A DNA stretch of 64,000 bases, taken from contig BCGN01000003.1 of assembly GCA_001599295.1 (NCBI GenBank), positions 806,001 through 870,000 of the forward strand. Direction: 5' to 3'. The position numbers and the translations under genes are program-made. Under the pieces are notes generated by a model. The model did not search any database and was not told the DNA's origin. It saw only the letters and a program-made list of their open reading frames with translations. Positions within the stretch are counted from its first letter, which is position 1. The number at the start of each line of letters is the position of its first letter. Shown here piece by piece: positions 1 to 10,000 of this stretch. Source of the DNA: Sporopachydermia quercuum (Eukaryota).

Positions 1-1988
1 TAAAGTATTTCCTAATCGCAGAGTCACCGGAGGAAAGCTCAAGGAATGTTATAACAGCAACATCAGGATCAAATCATGAAAGTTTCTCATCAAAAGCTTT
101 AGTTGGGTATCATAAACTGGATATTGTGAAAGTCATTACAGCCGCTAACTGTCCGTTTGTTGTATCCGTTGGTATGGATCATCAAGTATTGGTATGGAGC
201 CCATTGGCAGGTAGAGGTAGTAACAACATTCCTCAGCCTATTTCTTTACCACTAGCACCCTCAAATTGGCCAGTGACTACAATAATTATGGAAAGTCAAG
301 GTAGCTATATTGCTGTGTTTTCAAAAAACGGATTAGTTAAATGCTGGAGCAGGAAATGGATGACATATATTTGGACGGTGTCTATTAGTCATTTAATCAA
401 CAATACACCAACTGGAGCATTTTTCAGAAGAAGAACAGTACCAAAAGGAATGAAAGGGAGAAATTTAAGCGTCAGGAGTAGTATTCGCACCGCAAGTATT
501 CGTAGTGGTGCGGCATCTCCGTTGCTTACGGCAACAGATTTCAATGCCAATAACTTCAACTCAATCATAGGCGTCCATGATGAAGACCAAACAATGGAGT
601 TGGTAGTTGTATTGAAGTGCGGATTGGTTGTGATGATATCTTGTAACGATGGAAGTATCAGAGAAGAAAGACTCACTCATAATAGCATAATCAGTGGCCA
701 ATTGCTACAGACCCCAAGAGTCACTGATAGACTTGTTGTCACCACTGACAAGTCAGAAATAATAGTTGGAAGAGCAGTGAACAACAGATGGAAATCTTGT
801 ATTCTAACAGTGCGGGATTCATATAATTATGTTGAGAAGTTTGTTCCCACCCAAGATTTTCGAAGATTCCGACCTGGAATGTCGTCTCTAAGCGCTTACA
901 ACAAACCGAGCACAGGCGCTAAAATTCAGAGTAAATTTCTTCCCCCAGAGACTGCAAGACGTAGCAGCGTGACGTCACCTTCAGGAAGCGGGACAACTCT
1001 AACTTCGGAAGCAGCTTCTGATCAATCCGGAAAGCAAACTGATCAATCACAATCTACATCGCAATCATCAGAAAATGGAGTTCTTCTCACAGTGTCCTAT
1101 GTTGGGATGATAATTCGAGTAATGAACTCAATGGCCGAGCTCATAGACGTTCAAACAGGGATTTTAGTCAGGAAATTTCAAATAGGAGAATTCAAACCAG
1201 GATCATTGAAAGTATTCCATGATCAACCAACCCATTGCCGATTCTGCGGGTGTGCTTCTATCTCATCATTATCTTTAGCATATACGGAGGCCGAAACCAA
1301 TATGGTGATACTGCATACATATACAATAGATAATCGAGCAAAGAATAACATCTGCATGAGGGTTGAAAGAGACCCTCGAGAAACTAGATGCTTAGGATTT
1401 GAAGCCGTAAGCGAACATCAGCATTGGCTATCAGATGTAAGTGGTTGGAATGTCACTGGAATGAACATGTTAATGGGAGTAAGGAAAAAAGAGACCAGGA
1501 GTGAACCGGATTTCGAAAGTAATGGAAGAGATGGCGGAATAATCACTAGCTATAGTACACATCATAATCAGTCAAGATCAACTGGAATATACTCTGGGAA
1601 TGAAGGAGCGTTAGGAGGATTGAAATCAAGAAGACAAAAAGCACAGGAAATATCAAAAGAATCATTAAAGCAAGCAAACGTTGTTGTTTGGGAAGGCTGG
1701 ACAATGACAGCATCAGGAAAGGTTACATTTTACGATGTTCCTAATGTTGCAGAATCTAGTTCATTATTAGTAAAAAATTCTGGACCAGTGGCACAGTTTG
1801 GNTATAAAGCTATTGTTGTTGCCTTTGGGAACATGATGAAGCTTTTATACTTTGGTAGTGAGGATTTGATTGATTCTGACGAAGATCTTGGAGGATTCGG
1901 AGGTCGTGAGAGTAATAGTAGTCTTGCTTTTGCTAACAGGCGTCGGAAGCTTTCAACAGTAGTGTCTCGTGATTTCAATGCAGAATAG
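1..1988 (+). CDS. SCP1: SREBP cleavage-activating protein (SCAP/Scp1), C-terminal WD40 region; 5' end lies outside the window
   Basis: Frame is open from base 3 (…GYHKLDIVKV…). It carries fungal SCAP C-terminal motifs: VSVGMDHQVLVWSP, HCRFCGCASISSLSLAY, CMRVERDPRETRCLGF, EHQHWL, VWEGWTM, IVVAFGN. Confidence 0.85.
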   Translation, partial: KYFLIAESPEESSRNVITATSGSNHESFSSKALVGYHKLDIVKVITAANCPFVVSVGMDHQVLVWSPLAGRGSNNIPQPISLPLAPSNWPVTTIIMESQGSYIAVFSKNGLVKCWSRKWMTYIWTVSISHLINNTPTGAFFRRRTVPKGMKGRNLSVRSSIRTASIRSGAASPLLTATDFNANNFNSIIGVHDEDQTMELVVVLKCGLVVMISCNDGSIREERLTHNSIISGQLLQTPRVTDRLVVTTDKSEIIVGRAVNNRWKSCILTVRDSYNYVEKFVPTQDFRRFRPGMSSLSAYNKPSTGAKIQSKFLPPETARRSSVTSPSGSGTTLTSEAASDQSGKQTDQSQSTSQSSENGVLLTVSYVGMIIRVMNSMAELIDVQTGILVRKFQIGEFKPGSLKVFHDQPTHCRFCGCASISSLSLAYTEAETNMVILHTYTIDNRAKNNICMRVERDPRETRCLGFEAVSEHQHWLSDVSGWNVTGMNMLMGVRKKETRSEPDFESNGRDGGIITSYSTHHNQSRSTGIYSGNEGALGGLKSRRQKAQEISKESLKQANVVVWEGWTMTASGKVTFYDVPNVAESSSLLVKNSGPVAQFXYKAIVVAFGNMMKLLYFGSEDLIDSDEDLGGFGGRESNSSLAFANRRRKLSTVVSRDFNAE

Positions 1989-2108
1989 AATACCTGGTGA
2001 AAATGTACTGACTGAAGGGGCGGAAACATCTATGGATATATCATGAAGTAGAAGTTTATTTATTGATATTTATTTATTTATTGGCATCGATTCCTGTAGA
2101 AAAGAGAA

Positions 2109-3392
2109 GATTGGTAGAGGGGTATGTGAGCCTATGCAAGAACAAGCGTCTCTGTGATATTAATTATGCTCTAGGAAGGCATACTGAGTGAAATCAGTTC
2201 GATCAATCTCATAAATTTGCAATTTTGATATTGATTTAATTGAATAATTTCTTTTTTTGTTTACAGGATTTATCATTTTTTTCATANCTATGTTATAATC
2301 AACAATTCATCAATCACTCACAATTAGTATAAATCTTCAGAAACCCCTCATATGCTATTTACCAATAAAGTTAGACTAAAAATATCAACTTTATTTGCGT
2401 TACCTAATGGGTAAACTGTTCAAAATGGAGTAATAGTGGAGGGGCACCCACCATAACGGATAAACTTTTCTCAAGTCTAACCACATATTGGACTTCATAT
2501 TTCAGGTGAGAATTTGAAACGAAGGGAGTGATGTTTTGATAGATAGATTTATAGGTTAATGAGACGATGAGTAAAATGAGTCAACGACTGAACGACACAA
2601 ATAGTTAAGCAAATAGTTAATTTAATCCTATGAATATTTATAATTTATTTACTGTTATTTATGATAGCTACTATGCTTGCTAATGTTGTTGTTATAAGAG
2701 GATTTTATGGATAGCNCATGAGTTTCATTAGTATCAAACAAAGATGTCTTGTCTTTTAAAATGAAATACAACTGATTGTACCCTAGTTAGGTGATTCAAA
2801 TGTCAATTCCAACAAAAGGAGTATATTCTAAGAATAAATGGCATCTTTATATAAATGTGTGCAACTTTATTTTTATTTTTAATTTTTTCTTTCTTGGATT
2901 TTGTAAGATTTGGTTGTATTGATATTGATGAAACTTGCTCATCAGATGTCAGTTCTCANGGGAGGCTCATGGGAGGATACACGGTAAGCAATGAGCTATA
3001 GCATTTATTGATATGAATATACCAATCAATCACTTGTTGCTCTCTATCGATAGACTGAACGCATGATATCGAGAGTGCCGACAAGATATATTCACCACCT
3101 GTGGTGTTAATAATTATAAGAGACAGAGCTTGTAGAACTGTCTTATCTCTTATAATTAGAACAATCAGGGTGGTTTATTTGTGGTTGATTTGCCTACAAA
3201 CAACAGCAGAACATGATTTTGACAATTGGCAAGAATAGCGTAATGTAAACCTAGAGGTAGATATTTGTTCACAATGGGTCTCGGTCGATAATAATCAACC
3301 ATGTCCAACCCTCCTGCGACTACTACAACTGAGTACTTCGAAACACTTTTTTGCCTTTAGTATCCAGTGTTCAACACTACANCTCTACAATC
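2109..3392 (+). ncRNA. Candidate telomerase RNA (TER1/TLC1 homolog); ends approximate
   Basis: No ORF. Many nested helices, with G-U pairs favouring the + strand. End pairing 2109-2119/3383-3392; boundary helix 2265-2273/2329-2337; template-like TCAGAAACCCCTCA 2337-2350; arm 2354-2715 with a P3-like loop; pseudoknot 2722-2848; three-way junctions 3024-3190 and 3214-3297. Manual folding only. Confidence 0.62.
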
Positions 3393-3586
3393 CATTGATT
3401 GAAATAAAAACATTAATTAGTTGATAATAAATAAATAAATAAACATAACATCGTGGTAACTTAACCTCAACCTTGGAGTATTTCAAACCAAACATTAATT
3501 CATAAAAGAAACCATCAGATCCTAACCGTACAACAGTTGAATCTGATCAACCTCCAGCAATAACTTGAGCTTTCTAATTACAATGC

Positions 3587-4384
3587 TTATTTGGACTTAG
3601 GCTTCAAGACAGATCCGGGAAGATAGACAGGTCTAATAGTAATGTAAGAATTTTCGTGATTGGACAAACCAGCAAAGGCATTGTACCAACCCAAGAAAGC
3701 AGTGATGACACCAAAAACACCACCGGCTTTGGTAACACTAACATTTCCAACCAAATCACCAATGGCCAATAATAAGAAGGTAACTGAAAGGCAGAAGAAT
3801 AATAGGAAGAATGACACGGTAGACTTAAGGGTGCACAAAGTGCAAATGACTGTGAAGAAGAACCATCCCAAAAGATAGAATCCAACAGCATTTTGCAAAC
3901 TTCGGTGATCACTATAAGCAGAAGTAATACCAAAGGCATCAGTTTGAATAACAGCCCAAGACATCCAGAAACCACCATAAGAAGATAAAGCAGTGGCACC
4001 AAAAGTGTTTTCAACAGCCATTTCCCACATACCAGCTAACAGTTGAACCAAACCTCCGTAGAAGTATGCTAAACCAACAACAATTTTAGGAACGCTGACA
4101 CCTCTGGCTTGAATGTTGATAAGAGATAAAACAAATGTAGTCAAAGCGAAAGCTGATAAGCCTAAAGGAGCAGGGTTGGCAAACTTGTGGACTGGTGCAG
4201 GGGCAAGGCCAGGATTCAAACTACCACCAAAAGCTCTAATGAAGTCATCTTTGTAAACAGCGGTATCACCAATGTGAACGATTTCGTCGTTTTCACCAGA
4301 TGTGTGAATGCGGTGAATTTGTCTAGGTTGTGAAGAGCCTGAAGAGAACTCGTCGTTTTGCTTTTCTAAATCAATGTTGGACAT
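3587..4384 (-). CDS. ADY2: GPR1/FUN34/YaaH (Ato/Ady2) acetate transporter
   Basis: AFGGSLNPG, NPAPLGLSAFALTTF and SYGGFW motifs; about six hydrophobic helices. The paralog (ADY2/ATO2) cannot be fixed. Confidence 0.93.
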   Translation of the reverse strand: MSNIDLEKQNDEFSSGSSQPRQIHRIHTSGENDEIVHIGDTAVYKDDFIRAFGGSLNPGLAPAPVHKFANPAPLGLSAFALTTFVLSLINIQARGVSVPKIVVGLAYFYGGLVQLLAGMWEMAVENTFGATALSSYGGFWMSWAVIQTDAFGITSAYSDHRSLQNAVGFYLLGWFFFTVICTLCTLKSTVSFFLLFFCLSVTFLLLAIGDLVGNVSVTKAGGVFGVITAFLGWYNAFAGLSNHENSYITIRPVYLPGSVLKPKSK

Positions 4385-4693
4385 TTTGTATATATTTTAT
4401 GCTTTGATAAGGTAGTAATAGTAGTAATAGTAGTTGTAGTAGTATTAGAATTAATACTTTTGCTATTGCTATTCTTTTATAATTGATTGATAGATATAAG
4501 TAATAGAAAGGTAAATAGGGAAAGAAATAGCAAACAGAAACAGATATCAATCTGGGATACTCACAGCTTTTATATAACTTTTTTTCTTAACTCTCGATTT
4601 GATTAAACATGGCTTATAAATGAATGATTATAAGTTTATTAAGCAAAATTGTTTAATAGGTTGATAGTAATAATGAAAAGAGGAGAAATTTAG

Positions 4694-6540
4694 GTGGAGA
4701 CAGAAAACCTGAGTGGGAGGTTTGAATGCTTTGGACGGATGTGGGAAATAAAGTTTTGTATTCTGTAAGGCTTTAATGTGCCAAAAATGTCACAAATGTT
4801 AACTTTAATTGTCAAACCTTAAGTACAACCTGATCTGTTTTTATCCGTATGAAGATTTGGCATGTGAGAATATGAAAGGCAAGAATTGGTCAACGAGTGA
4901 TCTGTAAGGAAAGGATATAATGGAGTCATAGCAGAGAATGTATTATGAAGAAAGAATTTATTATAACGATTAAAAGTAAGGAAGTATTGGCTATGCTGGA
5001 GTTGATGATGGAGTTCTGATTTTATAATTAGTGATTGGCATATTAATAAGCTGATGAAGTATACTTTGTCGTTAAAGACCCCTCTATTTTGATTTTTTTC
5101 TGACATTCAACAATTACATCTACATCACAATTGTATGCTGATATTTAACAAAAATAAGAATTCACTGCTAAGTAAAAAAATCTTTAATAGCAAAATAAAC
5201 TAGCTACTCCACATACAATGTTTATCTCCGTGTCAGTGATACCTTACTGTAAAATCATATCATTTGATAGCACTAAAGACTAAACAGTGTATTACTCCAC
5301 ATTTCATGATTTACCAATCAATTTTAGTGAATTCCTGTCCCTCTTTGTCCCTCTGTGTTCCCGATCGGATCATAAATTATTTGATTTATTATGTATATAT
5401 TCTCTTACTACCACCATACTGCTAATGTCTAAACGTCTCATTAATATGGAGAGCTTCGATAATGAGGTTTGTACGGAGGATAAACTATAACCCCGCTTTG
5501 ATCTACTATCACTAGAGTGAAATGGTGGTGCACTGTCCCTCATTCTCTCATTGGTGACGAATTAAAGTTGGTTTAGTTTTAAAATTAGTAAAATGAACAA
5601 CACGTTACCTAAGAAATATACATAATCCTGCATAAACACTGCATGACCATTAGAACGGCTTTGATAAATAGTGTTATAAGCAAGGCAGAACAGAGCTGAT
5701 GATGTTGAGGATGATAGAACGAACTATATTGGTAGTGTAATTGATCAAATGACCATCATAAAAAAATGTATGAAAAGAAGATTGATTTCATCTTTGCAAT
5801 TTGCAAAGTTCTATTGGAAATGAAAGATGTGCTACTTCAAACAGTCTCAATGCTGTGAATCACAGAGAAAGATCTTCAGTTGACCCATCTTTTCACTGCT
5901 AAGTGAATAACAGGCCACTAAAACTCAAAATAATAAGTAAAAGTAACTTTGAAAGGTGATGAGCTCTCTAGGGGCAATAAACGCTGCAAATGTTTCTGTC
6001 TTTTTGAATAATTCGTATANTTAGCAATTGTCAACACTCTTCAAGTCTCATATCTTTCTATGCACTCATTTGTAAAGCCCATAAGATAATGGTGCCAAGG
6101 AGCCTAAGTAAAGGTACCAACCATCAAAAACCATTCTACCCCATGATTCAAACTAAATGCTACGAATTTGTGAACTTACTNTTTCAATGTTTAATTAACT
6201 GTTATGAAGCTAAAGAAAACTAGCTCTAGGCACCTCATCAACTTTGACATTAGAGGGGTTCCGATTTGACTGAGCGAGGGGTTCGAATTGTAGAAAAAGT
6301 CAACGTTCAAATGAATCCTTAAGGGCAAATTAACAAAGTTTCAGTAAACTCATCGCATGAAAGTTATTATATGATAGTTTTCACTCAAGTAGATGCGCCT
6401 AAGATTACTATGTGATTGATTTCCCTGTATGCAAGAATACTGTATAAACGTGCAATATTATGCAGTTCCTCAGCTACTAAAAGTAAATTTTACTCAGTAC
6501 AAGACCTTATTTTAAACATCCCAATCGAAGTCTGCCCCGC
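4694..6540. promoter_or_regulatory. Cluster of Mig1/CreA-type SYGGRG sites upstream of the acetate transporter
   Basis: GTGGAG 4694-4699; CTCCAC 5207-5212 and 5295-5300; CCCCGC 5491-5496 and 6535-6540, mostly with AT-rich flanks. Ady2-type genes are glucose-repressed. Confidence 0.45.
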
Positions 6541-7063
6541 ATTGACTACTGAAGTAGGTGAAAATCAAAGAGGGGCACTGGAGGAGCAATAGGAGGAAAA
6601 ACTTTAAACTCGTTGTTTTAGTCTCACTTAATGTATTAACTTAAAATTATGAACCATAAACCTTAGTTTGGTCTTCTTCCCCGTACTATTCNTCCATCTA
6701 TTTCTTTCTCTAGCAATGATGATATGATTTGATATGGGTTATAATAATAATATTGATTGCAAAACATTTATTACAGATCTTACTAGCTCGCAGTATTTCT
6801 CCTTGTTGTGATTGTTTATTGTTCATAAATAAGGGTTTACAAAATTATTGTAGTTTAAAGCCACATATTCCTATTGTTCCTACTCATTTCTACTCAGTGC
6901 TACTTCAATTGCCTTTCAACCGATTGATAGGTAAGACCAAAGGTTTGCTATTATAACTACGTGGTGAAAGTAATGCGTTATTATCTATTACGGTACTATT
7001 GTCATCCTCACTAATATTTCTATCACTACTTCTATTGTTACAGTATTGTTGGGCGTTCATACC

Positions 7064-7092
7064 ATCAATCAATCAATCAATCAATCAATCAA
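7064..7092. repeat. (TCAA)n microsatellite
   Basis: tcaatcaatcaatcaatcaatcaatcaa is visible in the sequence. Confidence 0.9.
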
Positions 7093-10000
7093 CCAATATG
7101 ACCAAACCTTTATAATCTTTAAATAGTTGAGCTTGCAGATGAGTCTTTTGGATTTAATTCGATGTTTTCAGATTGTTAAAATCCTTGAAAGAAAAGCGTC
7201 AAGAATTATGAAAATTAACGTACACAGCACGTAAAGAGATTGTAAAAAGGATTATGAAATATTCCTTCCATAAGGCTTTTACAGCTGATACATTCTTTCG
7301 TTCAGCCGTACATGAACCTGTTTTGGTTGATAAATATCTTGATTTTCTGACGAACCGAGTTTCAATAAAAGCAACGTGATTACCGGAAGATGAGTTGATA
7401 TTGTCAGATTGAATTTCTTGATTTGACTCAATTTTTGTTGAGAAAGTGGTTGGATCTGGTTATCATTGAAGCTATGAGCTATAAAACTGCGAATAAAGCT
7501 ATTGGAAACAAGCAAGTTGAAATTTGGATGATCAGGGAAGCTGTAAATTGTAGATGAAATATAGTGTTGTTTCTATTGTTATTATTATCGTTTCTTCTGC
7601 TACTATCGTCAAATAGTAGTATCATTATTCGATCATCAATCAACAATTCATCAGTAGAACGTCCATAATTCGGCGGCAAATAACCAACAGCTCATCACCA
7701 CTCGGCTTAATTTAATTAATATTCATTATTGATCGAAATATATCAATGTTCACCTAATTTCCATAATAATTATGCTCAGTAGAAAATAATCTAACAACTT
7801 GCATGTTTTACTCTATGTCATAACTGATATAATAAAGAGTGCATTGGATTATATAGCTGGAAAGTATAAATCATGAAGATTCTGGAATATCTAATGGCTT
7901 ATTTGCTGTTTGAGTAATTCTCTTATTCTTATTTTCTCAGGCATGTTGTATCATAATCAATGCAGTAATTCAGTAACAATTTAATCAATATGGCTGGAAA
8001 TGGGAACTGTGTTATATATTAATCGTACAACTGCCACTTTAACCACACTTTTATTTAAATACATTTATTCACATTACAATAATTTTGATAGAATCATTTG
8101 AACGTTTCCACTGTTTATTATTTTCAAATTGAATCATATCAAAACAGATATTTCTTCAGTGGGTTCTTCTTGTTCTTCTGAAACGTGTATTATAATACTA
8201 ACTTATTTGCAATTTATTCTTTTTTTCAGGATTTCAATTTCACACTTTTATAAGTTAATAATCTTTTCAGAGATTGTTAACTGTTTACTACTCGAGGCTT
8301 TCTATTAAATCAAAAGGGAAGAATAAAATTGTGATGAGAACTATCATCGCTGTTTTCAACTGGTTTATTGATTGCTTTGCTGAGTATCTCGTTATTTATA
8401 GTTGTTATTTGATTACTCTTTAGTGCAAATTTACTATATTCTTATAGCTTTTTTTAAACGTTTTCAATACCATGCTTTCATCATAAGTTGTCTTATTAAT
8501 AACAATTCCTGTTGTGTTCTCACTTCAATTACATTTATTGAATGTCTTTATTTACGGATTCCATCATTATCAACGTTCAGTTCAAATCCATCATCATTCT
8601 TAGCAACTAAACCCTAATTAAAAATATCTAAAAGCANTCCTATTAATTATTACTTACTAATTGCTCTAACAGAAAAATAAATAGCAAACAATGATGAATA
8701 AACCAATTCTTTTTCTTATAGTGGAAGTATGCTAACTCATCAATTTATGGTACATTCTGAGTAAATCTACAATTGTTTCTAATACAGTCGTGAGACAATT
8801 TCACCAAGGCGACAATACCAATAACAGCAATGATCACTATGCTATCCTAACTTCAAGTCATTGTAAATACATTAAACATTCTACTAGTCATTTCTACCAG
8901 CCAACTGTATCAAAAAATTACTCCCCATAACTCTATCAAATTACACAAACACTTTTCTACTTGATCAAATTCTAACTACAATTACTTCTTTCTTCTGGAA
9001 AGAAATTACCAAATTGGCTGATTGGTCCCTCATTCCAGGTTTACATCTTAACTCCAGAATTGAATTCGTGGTAACAGAATTTGCATTAGCTAGTTGGTTG
9101 GTTACTTAAACATCCTCGTATTGAACCTACTTCAATAATCATAAGATTAAACATAAAGACCATAACCACTATATGATTGAAGTGATCATATTGTCATGAT
9201 TTATTATACCTTGTACCTTGACGTTCCTCGCTTACTTTTTTAGTCTGATTCTATTCCTAAATGATAAATAACCTTTGCTACTGGTTGAAGTTTATTCTCC
9301 TCTTTAGTGGGGCTGCTAAGTGAATAAATGGTGACAATTTGGTAGTTTAAAATGGCGTCAAATGGAGTTGGAGTTGGAGTAGCAGAGTGTTGAAGTTGAT
9401 GGTTCCATGAAAACAAGGAAAACAGGAATTGTGATGCTACACATCGACACACCAATACTGGAAATTGTGAATATTGATACTAGTCGTTAATATCGAAAAA
9501 TAAATTGTCAGAATATCCACAGCTTATCTCCCTTGGCTTTAAATAGTTCTTGTATGTTTGCAGGTAGGTAGTACTTGATAACTCGTACGTAAAAATATTA
9601 TACACTCGTGTTTAGTAGCTTTTAGTCCCCATATCCGGGTTTAACCGTTGGACATCGGTTTTTTTATACTTAATTTGGCTAAAACTGGCCTTCTAATAAG
9701 CACTAAAAATCCTTGTTCAAATGTGGGGTAGGTTGTATTATGTAGCAAAGAGATGTAGTGAGAACAAGCTAAGAATATCATTAGACGAACATGTGAATAA
9801 ATGATTGGTTTTCATGGTAGGATTGAAGAATTCTAGTGGGCAAACTACGAGTGAAGAATGGAGTAGTAATCACATAGAAATAAATATAAATAAACGCAAA
9901 TAAATAATCAAAAGATAGCAAGTATATTCAATGGATTCATTTTATTATAGCTGGTTTGATTCTAATTAGTATCAAATACCCATAGAATTATAATAAAACT

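Noticed and set aside
2400..2520. RNase P or RNase MRP RNA gene
   Set aside because: A P3-like loop is present, but I found no convincing CR-I/CR-V (P4) motifs, and the folded unit is much longer than these RNAs usually are.
3115..3126. TATAAGAGACAG matches the last 12 nt of the Tn5/Nextera mosaic end
   Set aside because: The upstream AGATGTG is absent, the partner strand is interrupted, and the segment sits in a larger consistent hairpin. More likely coincidence than adapter contamination, but worth checking in reads.
2926..3310. H/ACA or C/D snoRNA (TGATGA, ATAGCA, AGAACA boxes)
   Set aside because: No terminal ACA or matched D box with a recognisable rRNA guide, and no snR30 m1 motif.
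6250..6295. GGTTCGAAT B-box-like sequence (tRNA) and two GAGGGGTTC near-telomeric words
   Set aside because: No cloverleaf or acceptor stem. The words are equally explained as STRE (AGGGG) elements.
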